NCBI GenBank assembly: GCA_951406725.2 | Contig: OX597821.1 | Location: 51,026,001-51,090,000 of the forward strand | Source: Octopus vulgaris | Taxonomy: Eukaryota | Length of the DNA stretch: 64,000 nucleotides | Reading direction: 5' to 3' | In this document: positions 13,536 to 27,090 of the stretch, piece by piece | How the letters are laid out: every line of letters begins with the position of its first letter | How positions within the stretch are numbered: the first letter of the stretch is position 1 | The notes under the pieces: generated by a model | Told to the model about the DNA's origin: nothing | What the model saw: the letters and a program-made list of their open reading frames with translations, nothing else | Database searches by the model: none | Made by a program: the position numbers and the translations under genes

Positions 13536-13965
13536 GCTATATTCAAATGGCAAATATGCGTCACGATGTGTTACCGCTACTGTTTATAACTCGCTCTGAG
13601 ATTTATCATTGTTTGATTTCACTTTTTCAATATCAGTGTCAATCGACACTGGAAAAAGTATATGTATTTGTGAGGGAAACTGAATTCTCGTCGACAACTT
13701 TGATTGTCACACGCTGATGATAGGTAAACACCTTGAAACTCGAGTCCGTGTGTATCATAAGTTGAAGACGGGAAGGATGACTTCCCTTCACAAATACTGA
13801 TAGGGCACAGATAGTGTGTCTATAGCCAGCTGGAGGAGATATCTTCCTGGGGCTATAAACTACAGTAACATCCACCCTTAGGGGTTAGCCATATTCAAAT
13901 GGCAAATATGCGTCACGATGTGTTACCGCTACTGTTTATAACTCGCTCTGAGATTTATCATTGTT
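13536..13965 (+). mobile_element. Retrozyme-like element: 352-bp monomer plus 75-bp direct terminal redundancy
   Basis: 13539-13613 is identical to 13891-13965; internal HHR; AAATATAT on both flanks (13528-13535, 13966-13973). Confidence 0.85.
13708..13752 (+). ncRNA. Type I hammerhead ribozyme motif
   Basis: CACACG-CTGATGA-T AGGT AAAC ACCT T-GAAA-CTCGAG-TC-CGTGTG; predicted cleavage after C13746. Confidence 0.9.
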
Positions 13966-14002
13966 AAATATATTATTTGTGTATATGTGTACATATACAC
14001 TT

Positions 14003-14230
14003 GTTTCTTTATTACCCACAAGGGGCTAAACATAGAGGGGACAAACAAGGATAGACAAACGGATTAAGTCGATTACATTGACCCCACTGCGTAACTGGTA
14101 CTTAATTTATCGACCCCGAAGGGATGAAAGGCAAAGTCGACCTCGGCGGAATTTGAACTCAGAACGTAACGGCAGACGAAATACGGCTACGCATTTCGCC
14201 CGGCGTGCTAACGATTCTGCCAGCTCGCCG
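14003..14230 (-). mobile_element. SINE family A, full length
   Basis: Reverse complement of 1-218 with intact GACTTTGCCTTTCATCCCTTCGGGGTCGATAAATTAAGTACCAG. Confidence 0.9.
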
Positions 14231-14494
14231 GCATACTGTGTATATATACATTATCGTTAATAGGCACGCATTTAGACAGACAGACAGACACACACACACA
14301 TATTTGATTAATGAGAGAATCAGAAGATGGAGGATGGAAGATACAAGAATGTTAACTAATCACTACAATTGTTACGATCCATCTAGCATTTTCCATCTCC
14401 TGCCTCTCCTATTAATCAAATACCCAACAAACACTCTGAAAGTGAACTTGCATTACTGGTAAGCTACCAGGTGAAGATCATACGATTTATTATC

Positions 14495-14578
<84 letters not shown>

Positions 14579-14847
14579 TTGTGAAATTTCTATAATGTTG
14601 CACTACATCTCCTTATTTGAAGCTAAATCTTGCTGAATATGAATTCTCAGTTTCAGATTATTACCTATTGAAACTGTTGTGGCAGAAAACAGTGCAATAA
14701 TATTATTTTGAAACAAATGCAGGATATGATTAGTGATCGAGTTTTAATTAACTGCCTGAAAAATTGTTAATATGTGGTTCGAGCATGCTAGTGTTATATC
14801 CAGAAAACGATATTTTTATTTATCGAAACAAGTTATACTCTGTTACC

Positions 14848-15341
<494 letters not shown>

Positions 15342-16666
15342 TGTTATGTTATATTTTCATTATCAAACACGAAGTCAGCGAGAGTGTTTGTAAGAGTAAA
15401 AGTTGAGTTTGTAATTCTTGTGCTTTAGTCACAGGAAGCAATCCTGATACGAAAGATTGCAAGAAAGTAGTTACTATTCATTTGCCATGTGATTTAAAAT
15501 GGTAGTTGTATGATGTTCATATTTTTCAAATAGTATCCACAGAAACGTTACTCTTCCCTTTTTGGTAAGTTCTGTTCCTCTCGACGACAAATCCCGAACG
15601 TAATAATCCTTGATTAACTCTTGGAATGAATTGCCCCTACTCAATGCTGTTAGTATGAAGCCCCTTCATATTTCAGTCTTCCTAGGTCTCGTTCGAATAT
15701 TTGTTACTAAATGTCTCCTTACGTTCTGCGTTCAAATATCACTAAATTGAAACATAATTTCAATCTTACTAGGGCCAATGAAATAGTCACTTTTATTTAA
15801 TTGTACTCTCCTACATACATATATTTGAGTAACAGAATAACCAACATTTTGTAATGATGTTATCTGCGATTCAACTAGTTGATTATATTTTTCTATAATT
15901 TTATAATTAGTACATTTTTATTCATATTTTCACATTGTTCCAGACAAGCGCTTTAAAGGCGATAATTAAGAATTAAAAAATTCTGAGAGACACTTCGTTG
16001 TTCTGCTTCGTTACATTTGAGAAAACTGTTTCAAGAATTACAGCTTAGTCATTGGTTTGCAAACTTAAATTCATAACATAGCACGTTTGGAGCTAGTGAA
16101 GCAATACAGCTTAAAATATACAAAGTACGCGTTGTAAAATATTGCAAAACACTCCAAAATTTAAAAAAACAAACAAACCAACAAACAGGAAAAAAAACCC
16201 GATTATTCCACGAAACGATAACATGTGATATATAACAAACAGAACGTCATACAATCACCACCAACTGTTAAACAGCGACTCGAGATAGTTACAGCTCATT
16301 TACTGATTAGTTATTGAAGTAATATTTCATGATTATTGAAATATTTTCGTTTCCGCGACTGATGAATCTATCATAATTCTCTCCTCTACTTTCACTCCCT
16401 CTTTCTCGTATAGTGTATTCATGGTTTTGCTAACTATTTACCCTCTCTTTATATAATAAATTGAACTCGCTTTTATAATGTATACTACACCTAATTCATG
16501 TATTTGTTTTTCTATACTTCATACACATTAAATACATACAGGCACAAACACACACACATAGTATAAACTCAATACACATGAGTACTACACACGCTCTCTG
16601 ACACTCACACACAAACACACGCGCACATACATACATACACACATTAATATTTACATGTATGATTGA

Positions 16667-16880
16667 GAGCGGCGAGCTGGCAGAATCGTTAGCACGTCGG
16701 GCGAAATGCATAACGAACAGCATTTTGTCAGTTTTTTTAATGTTCTGAATTCAAATTCCATCGAGGTTGACTTTCATCCTTTCGGGGTCGATATAATAAG
16801 TACCAGCTGAGTAGTGGGGTTGATATAACTGACTTACAACCCCTTGAAATTGCTGGCATCGCGCCATAATCCGAAACCAA
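16667..16880 (+). mobile_element. SINE family A
   Basis: GGCGAGCTGGCAGAATCGTTAGCACG...CTTTCATCCTTTCGGGGTCGAT. Confidence 0.85.
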
Positions 16881-18583
16881 CATGTGTATGTAGAATAGTT
16901 GTAATGACAACTTCAGCTCCGAAATAACTCGATTATTATGCAGTGAGACTCAAAGAAATGTCTTATTTCATCTTTAATCTACAAAGAAAGAATAATTGTA
17001 TCGTAGATTATTCGAGATATTTCATGAAGACTGTTCATCAGGAGTCTGAAAGGAAGAGATTGAAATCTGATAATAGAATATTTCATAGTTATTCTGTTAA
17101 TATTTCATTGTAGTATTTGAATTCATTTTACTTTCCTTGGGGTGATAATATATTTGGAAGAACCATTATTTTGTTTAAAAGGGCCTTTGGTATAATAACA
17201 ATAAAATAATAGAAAATTTTACAGTATTTGAGCAATAGAAACAACGAACAATACATTTTTACCTTTATGTAGAGTAAAACATTCTATATTTATAAAGATA
17301 AAGAATGTGATTATATGACGTTCATGTATTTTTCAGAGTTCGTCGACTTCTTTTCTAATATACACAAATTAATAATGGCTTATTTTCGTTGCTGCTTTTA
17401 ATCTCATGTTTTTAATCTCTACCCTGATTAAACCTACGATTAGATGATTTCTGATTATAATCATCCTGTCATGCTTTCATATAACGTTTTGAAGTCTACA
17501 TTATATAAAGTGATTTTTCTTTATAAAGCTACGGGGAGTGATTTTGAGAGATTTGGTGATTATTTCGACCAGCTGAAGAGACCACATAATGGCTCTGTCA
17601 CCTAGTTTTGAAGAAGGAGAAGTAACATATATTCTTACGAAATGAAATGTAATTTAGAAGGATTTCATTTGCGGAAGTCTTTTCATTTGAAGTCAAGCAG
17701 GAACAGAAGCCAGATGCCGGCTCACTAAAAGCTCATATCATGATCTACAGCTTGCATTCTTTAGGGGATAGATAACCTAATAAATTTAGAATGTACAGAA
17801 TTACCTGCATGTAACACGATAGTCATGGAGTTGAAAGCAAAGGTATTTAAAACGAATAGCGTGGCATTTTCTAGAGAAAGTAGGATCAATAAGGAATATT
17901 CGGATTTCGTTTGGTCCATAATGAAATATTAAATGCTAATTTATTCTCGTTTCATGCAAACAGGTAACAACGAAAACAAAATTTACTAAGAAGGCGAATA
18001 GCTATTAAATTACTTTTATAAGTCAATTGCTTCAAAAGGTTTCATTTAAGTTAAAGTTCGTAAACATCGGATATCAAAATCACAAGATGTCTGTCTCTAG
18101 ATGTCGCTGAAGTCTTCCTTCACAACAACATCCACAGTAAGTGTTGAAATGGAATCCACTGGCATTGTAATATGCAGTCATTAACGCTAGCAAGTATTTA
18201 TATAATTTTAGACTGGTTTTATATATAACTTGATAAAAATTGATGAGTTAAACCATTGTTCATAGATTATAATTAATTAGTACCCTGTACAAATTATCAG
18301 TTATAACTGCCTTAACCGAATAATACAGACAAGAGTACATACTACAGACCGATAAGATTAATTATAGTGAAGAGCGAAGAGCAGAACGTTTCGGGATCAT
18401 AATTTTCGTCTAAGAGTAAAGGGGAGGGAGTATGTTTATGCATTGATCCGTGTTAATTGAAACAGAAATCCAAGTACTATATAGAAGTGTACGAATATAG
18501 ATCATGTCTATATATGAAATAGTCTTATTCCATTGTTTAGCTTGAAGCAAGGCACACTTCAGTAATAAAGGAGTTCTATTTGC

Positions 18584-18900
18584 GTGAGACGACTGTTGTT
18601 ATCGCTAGGCCTAACTCATCGTAAAGTCAATACCACCATGACTGATATCCAATCTACAGTGGAGAAGGCTAGCCACTGGATTTGGTTAAAAAGAGACGAT
18701 GAGCGATGGCTAGAAGTATATTGAGTTCTTCATAACCAGCTGATCTAGCAAGCGGGGCCTCATATCAGTGAAGGGGGCCGGTGCGCATTGATGCCGTCGA
18801 GAGGTAGGCCCCGAAACGGCGCGCATTCTCTCCTGATGACTCCATACACTTGCTAGCTTCCAGTATACGGAGCTTTTAACTGGTAGCACTTGCATGTGCA
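18584..18900 (+). mobile_element. 3' end of a Hero-like RLE non-LTR retrotransposon
   Basis: 18584-18724 translates VRRLLLSLGLTHRKVNTTMTDIQSTVEKASHWIWLKRDDERWLEVY*, matching the A-E-x-A-S-x-W-I/L-W-x-K-R terminus of Hero-type ORFs; GC-rich structured 3' UTR follows. Confidence 0.75.
18754..18839 (+). ncRNA. Rearranged (non-circularly permuted) hammerhead ribozyme candidate
   Basis: GGGGCCT..GTGCGC..TGCCG-TC-GAGAGG-T-AGGCCCC-GAAA-CGGC-GCGCAT-TCTCTC-CTGATGA; helices I, II, III plus an extra helix all pair. Confidence 0.7.
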
Positions 18901-21292
18901 AGTTGTTTGCAAGACATGTTGAGAAGGAATAAACATTTCAAACAATTTTTCATGCTAATTCGGAAAACAATACCAACTATCTCAGAAAACTTGCTTTACA
19001 CCCCCATTCTTAAAGCCATTTTGTCAAACTTTACCACCTACGCTGTGGTCAGAGTAATAAATCATCTCTTATTTAAATAGCTTAGATATATCTCAGTATT
19101 CTCAATATGGTGTTGTAGCTAAAGTATCTTGAGCATGAGAAAAAATATTTAGAAAAATATATGATTATATAATATATCATTGACAGAAACATCGGATATC
19201 GATATCCACTATATATTTCAGTTTAGTACTTATACTATCGATGTCTATTAGATATCTATATACACATTATACACACACATACATGCGCATGCAAGCATAA
19301 GAGAAATTATAAAGTCACTGTGCAAATTTGTTTGTATAACTATAATTCTATATAACAGAAATCGTCTGAGTAAAGTATTAGTGAAATAGTTTGTTACACA
19401 TTTAAATAGATCTAATCGTTAATATTCAACATGTCCGCAATCATAATGTATACAAATCGTGATGCGATTTTGAAGTATTAGAAATAAGTTTTGCAGCTGG
19501 TTTTCCATACTTCTCATCCTATTAGTTATTCTGCACCATAAGTCTTCTCTAATAAGAGATTTATTTGAATAAGCATTAGTCCTTTCATGTCGACATAAAG
19601 TAAAGATGATTTTTAAAAAAATTAATAAACAATTAATAAACAATTTTTTTTATTGCCGAAGTTAAAATGAATGCATTATGATTCTAAATGTTCTTTACAC
19701 TATTTACACATTAATTCTTTATTACATACGACTGAAGTTATAAAACTTAAAACTTAAAACATGTATAAGTTTAAAATAAGCCTATTTAAGTATGTATGAC
19801 TATGAATGTTTGTGTATCCGTGTGTCCGTGCGTGTATGTAACTGCATACATTATCACATTTATATACTTGTCTATGAATAAGCTATACTAAGAAATGCAT
19901 ATTTCTGTGCGTGTAGCTGCATGGTTTCCTGGCTTATAATATTAGTGCCCATGTGTCTGCTCCGACAAATAGCGCTTATTTGTAATTAGGTTATCTCTGA
20001 GAATATTTGTATGCTAATGTTGGTCCATCAGTGCAAATTCTGACCACAATACTACGGATTTAGTTCTTATGACCGGGAAATGGAGAACTAAGAAGTATAA
20101 CAATGAAAGCAGAAATATAGAGAATAAACCAGCTGGATATTGGTTGGAGAATCATATGTAATCTATTCAGAAACTGAATGACGAGAAACAAGGATAATAA
20201 CCTTTTTGAAACTCTATTAACGTTTATATATGTTTTGGTGGGAGAAATGTATTTTGGATTAAGAACAGATACTTTCGTTACAGATCAAATCGTTTCCTTC
20301 TACGTGAAATCCATGGAATATGAAGTGATAGTCAGTTTCCTTTTATTGAGTCGAAAATCACCATGAAGAAACAGTTCTTTTATACTATGAGCCATCTACT
20401 GCTGTAGGAGATAATTCCAAAAGGCCGACATTCTGGGAAGGAAGAAGTGTACGTAGTTCTTCATTCGTACAGAGCCGATTGTTGGATTGATATAACATGG
20501 GTGCAGAGAAAATCAGAGAAAGTCATTTAATGCTTAATCTAAACGGATTGTGCCACTTATCGGTGTTAAGTGATTCACAGTGTTAATAACTATTAATGGA
20601 TTTTATTAATTATTAATGAGTTTCTCCTCTTTCTAATTGCGAGAGTATGAAATATGAGTTTACGCGCCTTTCTGGCCGCTATGATCTAGAGATAAATCTT
20701 TGGCAACGCGCCTGTTGCAACTCCAGTAATTTAACATTAAATAAAATGAATAACATATTACGTTTTAAATAGTTCAAAATACATATATAGTTGTACTCAC
20801 GTAAACACACACACACACACACACACACACAAGTATGTCTATGTGTGTATATGTGCGTGTGCTGTGTGTATGTGTATGCATGCGTATGTTTGTGTCATGT
20901 ACGTGACTGTGTGAGCGTGTGCACGTAGTTGTGCATTTAATGATATGCAAGGTAAACAAAGCTATATTAATCCAAACCACGCTTTCGATCATCCGGCTGT
21001 GAGTCCTTATTTGTAACAGTTTGCAAATATGTGTACAAATATGTAACAGTCTGCAAATATGCGTACAGATATGTGCAGATTGTAATTAGAGAGTAAATGA
21101 AAACGTGATTCACATGTTTAATTCTGCTTTCTTTAAATAATGTGAAGACGCTTTCTTTAAATAAACTTCTATCAGCTATTATACACAGACTTCTAATAAA
21201 GTCAGTACTGAACACTTTAGTGCCCTTGTACCATAAATTATACAAAATAAGCATACAAAGGCATATATGTTTGTAAATATAAATATATCCAT

Positions 21293-21440
21293 ACGTCCTG
21301 ATTTCAAATTCTACCGAGGTCGACTTTGCCTCACATCCTTTCAGGGTTGATAAAATAAGCACCAGTTGAGCAGTGGGGTCAATGTAATCGATTGAATCAC
21401 TCCTCAAAATTGTTGGCATTGTGCCAAAGTTTGAAACTAA
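21293..21440 (+). mobile_element. SINE family A, 5'-truncated
   Basis: CCGAGGTCGACTTTGCCTCACATCCTTTCAGGGTTGATAAAATAAG. Confidence 0.8.
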
Positions 21441-23817
21441 TATAAATACATTCCTCTATATGTATATGCGTGTCTGTGTATGTATATATGTTCGTATATA
21501 TGTATATGTATACATACACACACATACATACGTACATGTATGTATACCACCACATACTTAGTTATATGACTTCAAGATTTGTTCCAGACGTCCAATAAAG
21601 AAGAATTAGTGGAAACATTGTTATTTACATTAAATTCATTTCGCAAACATGTCTTAGGTATAAATGTTGCAATTAAATACATTGCTATCGAAGTAGATAT
21701 CAAGCAGATGTTTTTTACATGGGCATTACTTATATCACATGAAGAAATTCTTAGTCTATAGTGCTTAATAACTCGACAATTTACAATTTCTAGAGAAAGA
21801 CTGTTTGTTTTATGTTACATAGTTCCTTCAGTTGTCATTAGAAATGGCCAGAATATAACATCATTGTTTTTATATACTGAAGTGGTGTGTGGAATTATAT
21901 ATTCTAAAGATACTATTTGTTATGGATAAAGGGCTAGAATAATGGTAAAAAATTGCAGAACACTGAACAAATTGACTTTAGATGTTTAAGTTCATCAACT
22001 TATTCCTTTACGTTCTGAGAAAAAAAATCATCATGATTTTACTTCTTCCACACATTGACTTTACCTCATGAAAGTTTACTCACTGTTGACCATTCATAAT
22101 TATCAATAAAATACTAATGCTTAACTCTGAATTAATGCTACGATTCGAGATTCTTTCATATTATTATTACTATTATATTACCTTGATAAACCTTATGGAG
22201 GAGGGCTCATTCGTTAAGAATAGAATTAAACTCCAATACTTAAGTTAGGGTTAATACATTTATGGAGAAGGCTTCCAAAAGTTTGATATAATTATGTGAT
22301 GAGTGGCTGACAATATTAGTCATAGAACGATATGATTTTGATGTTTCAAATGTACAGAAAACAGTGAGATACTGATGTCAGTCGTGAAAGCGTTCATGCT
22401 ATTCTTCCCCAATGTCCAAACAACACTTTTCAGTGTTCCACAAGGTACTTGTAGCATGACAGCTCTGCGTCGAAACTCCTCCCAATCGTCTCTTGCCAAT
22501 ATTATTTTCAACACGCACTTGCTTGGCAATTTCCTCCTTTGGTAAATGGAACAAAGTGCAAGAAAATAGCTACTATGTACAAAAATCAGTTTTGACCAGT
22601 CAGAAATAATGGGGAACTCTCTACCAAATGACATCCCATAGCCTAAAAAAAGCCAATGAACATATTAAATAATGTTCACCTTGATACGCAATTCATGCGA
22701 AAAGAATGTTTTGTCATGCTGGACTATTTTCATTGTGGTCTGCTCTTTTATGGTTGTCCTTGCAATAAAACCCAAACAACTCAAAACTCTTTAATACATC
22801 TACATACAGGTAAGTGTTTTTAATACAGACCCAAGTTCGGAAATTTTAGAAGAGGATCTAACTAGTCTTTGACTGATTCCTCAATTTCTCGACAGCAGAG
22901 AGTTGAAAACCGAAGCTGCCACCGGTGTAATTTGAACTCAGAACATAAAGAAATGAAATAATATTCCAAGGCATTTTCTCCGAAGCTCTAAGGATTCCGC
23001 CAATCCACAACACGTGCCTGATCCTAAATCTTTATGAAACTAATTTTTTCGATAACTTAATTCTCCTTTTGCCCATATAGTTTGGTATTAGTTTGAAAAC
23101 GAAAGCTTTCTCTGTCACCTAAACAATTATAAGTTGATTCTGATAAAAACTAAAATATCTCTGTGAACGTGGTCATTTTATCCTCATTTAAATAAAATAG
23201 TTAAGTGTTACACAATAAACCTCAGAAAAGAATATTCTCTCCTTCGTACCAGGGAAATGTCCTATGTAAATACATGATTAAAGAAAAATAATCGTTTATG
23301 AATTAAAAGAAATGCAAACCTTTGCGCTACAAAGAAGCATTTTTACCTCCTGTAAAATATACAACTTTTCTGCGAAATGAAAGTTTTGAGATACCTTACA
23401 TAATAATGTACTATTGCAGCATTTGCACAAAATAATACATTATTTCCTCCATGTTGCATAATATGGCTATAAATTAAGTGGCATTTTAATGCTAATAATA
23501 TTATTCCATCAGAGCGGTGTATATTTTAATATTTTCTTATATTTACTTAAATTTTGTGAATCTAATATTAATTGAAGGGTTTCTCCTAATCTTCTAAACC
23601 TTACAAACCTAAAGAAAAACATATGGTTCTTCCTCATTATCAGATGCCTCACTTCTCAAATTGAATAACATTTCCTTCCACTTTCTCTCTCACACGCACA
23701 CATTACAGGCAGTCACGCACTCATGCGTAGGTGTGCATGTATGTGAGTGGAATAGATGTACATATATATAAAACATGCATATACATACATATATTCAAAT
23801 TGCATTTTCAAACTTTC

Positions 23818-23821
<4 letters not shown>

Positions 23822-23889
<68 letters not shown>

Positions 23890-23929
23890 TATATATGTAT
23901 ACATATATATATATATATATATCTATATA

Positions 23930-23964
<35 letters not shown>

Positions 23965-23981
23965 GCATATATATGTATGCC

Positions 23982-24012
<31 letters not shown>

Positions 24013-24046
24013 TGTGTATATATATATGTATGTATATATATGTATA

Positions 24047-24077
<31 letters not shown>

Positions 24078-24134
24078 GCATATATATATATATATATATA
24101 TGCATATATATATGTATATATATGTATATCTATA

Positions 24135-24181
<47 letters not shown>

Positions 24182-24329
24182 CTTACCTATGTTTGTGTCT
24201 GCCTTCCAATTGCTGTTTTTACTGAGATCTCCTTTTTATAGAAGAAATAGCTGTATAAATCTTTGATGTATATTTCTATATATTCGTATGTAGGTATATA
24301 TGCAATTCGTTGCTATAATATTTATTGCT

Positions 24330-24403
<74 letters not shown>
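23822..24403. repeat. (TA)n-rich microsatellite blocks
   Basis: Directly visible; source of many spurious YI-repeat ORFs. Confidence 0.95.
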
Positions 24404-24409
<6 letters not shown>

Positions 24410-24442
24410 AAGTGAAGTTGTAAGGTACCGGACGAGTGGAAT

Positions 24443-24544
24443 TATATATGAAAGAAAGTTTGAAAATGCAATTTTAAAAGATGTTTATTCACTTGTGAAT
24501 AAACATCTTTTAAAATTGCATTTTCAAACCTTCTTTCATATATA
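24443..24544. repeat. Near-perfect palindrome (50-bp arms, TT loop, 1 mismatch)
   Basis: ...GATGTTTATTCAC-TT-GTGAATAAACATC...; part of an arm recurs at 23797-23826. Confidence 0.95.
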
Positions 24545-24581
24545 TATACACTTTATAAAGACGCACCAAAAAATCACAAAA

Positions 24582-24621
24582 ACTGTTACTCAGAGTTTCA
24601 CGTTCCGGTTCGTCGGACAGT
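24582..24621 (-). ncRNA. Type I hammerhead motif with U4>C core change
   Basis: ACTGT-CCGACGA-AC CGGAAC GT-GAAA-CTCTGAG-TA-ACAGT. Confidence 0.75.
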
Positions 24622-25204
24622 CTTGTTTAGAATGGAACAAGATAAATATATATGTATAAATACAATTAATTTGATAGAAACACATTTGGAACTGGTTTTG
24701 TTTCGTTGGTCCTTTCAACTAACGGTCTTTTCAATAACGAGTTGCATGAAAACAAATTACGGCTTAAAATCATATTATTATAAAAATCGAAGAAAACCTT
24801 TAATCAAAAATAGCTTGCAAAGAAGGAAAACTGCTTGAATACCTTGGGTAAATAATTATCTGTAAAAATAATAATAAATTGATAAATTAAAGGATATATC
24901 CGTTTACAAATTTTTCACGCAAGCTTACACATACATTTAGCAATATATACACATACCAAACAATCAATAATATACATATATGCACTAAACATACAGACGT
25001 AGGTACATGGCTATCTACATATACAGATATATATAGGCAAAACAGAAACATATGCATATATATGTATACACACACACACGCGCACAAAATCTCTTGGTGT
25101 ATGCTTATACAAGTTAGTTGTTACAGGCGACAGAAAGAAAAGGAAAAAAAATTAGAGAATAACAAGTGGGTGGGGGAGAAAGAAAATACAATATATATGT
25201 TGAT

Positions 25205-25401
25205 TCGCAAGCCTCTGCACGCATTTTTTTCTCTCCTTGTTTCTCTCCGTGTTTCTTTTCTGTGTATCTTTCTATTGAAGAGCGTAGGCTCGAAACGTAA
25301 AAGACTTGTTTTATTTATATTCCTGAGCGGCATACTAATACAATTGTTTGTTTGTATTCCACCTGCCTTCGTCTTTTGTTTATTTTCATAAAGCTTCCCC
25401 C
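25205..25401 (+). mobile_element. Family H repeat with minimal variant HHR (25267-25304)
   Basis: TCTTT-CTATTGAA-GAGC GTAG GCTC-GAAA-CG-TA-AAAGA. Confidence 0.72.
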
Positions 25402-25407
25402 TATATA

Positions 25408-25455
<48 letters not shown>

Positions 25456-25477
25456 AGAACAAAGTGTACGTACGCCG

Positions 25478-25523
<46 letters not shown>

Positions 25524-26227
25524 CAAAATGAACGCAAAACATCCGGACAGCGAGGTGATACAAAAAGGGACAACAAAACATCCAGATAGACGATACAAAA
25601 ATAAAGGACGGGAAAACAATGTTACACAAATATAAATACAATATATATATATATATATAAAATGTTTAGAGCGTTAAGTGATCAATAGCAATGAAAACAT
25701 GATGATGAAGGACTCAATACTGGTGGGTGGTTTCATCACTCCGTGGTATGTAGTGTGAGACAATATAGAATGTAGGTACTTCAAAATCGTTATAAAACGT
25801 TATGGAGTCGGAGGGACTACTTATTTAATGAATTTACTTTGTTACTTAGAATATTTGGCATTCTTACAAAATGTAGTAGTAGTAGTTGAAAGGGAACTAA
25901 ATGTATATACTTTGGAGAAAAAGATTCATAAATGGTTTGTAGTAGTCGGGTAGTTAATTTAGCGTAGAAAAAACGGAATGCTATTGACATTTCTAGATAT
26001 GACTAATACGGAACACTCTAAAACTAGTGATTAAGTAAAATGAAAAAAGGTAGGTATATAGTTGTGATGGCGAAGGTGGGTAATATGTTTACATATACTT
26101 TTGTATGTGCTAAGGGTGAGGAAATGAGAAAATACCCAAAGGTCTTGCTGGCTTTTCTGTAACCGTGACACTTGTGATATTAGTAATTGTTTTAAGAATT
26201 TACAAGTGGCAGTCGTGGATTTATAAG

Positions 26228-27090
<863 letters not shown>

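Noticed and set aside
13539-13965. LTR element or CRISPR-like repeat
   Set aside because: No TG..CA ends, PBS or PPT; only two repeats; better explained as terminal redundancy of an HHR monomer
14301-14490. Short inverted repeat enclosing GTAA-CAATTG-TA (HHR stem III-like, minus strand)
   Set aside because: GAAA is mutated and no CUGANGA is recognisable; at most a relic
17015-17046. CTGATGA...GAAA on the minus strand
   Set aside because: Stems I and II do not pair
22320-22815. Possible coding exon ending at CAG|GTAAGT (22809)
   Set aside because: Stops in all frames over the stretch and no recognisable protein motif
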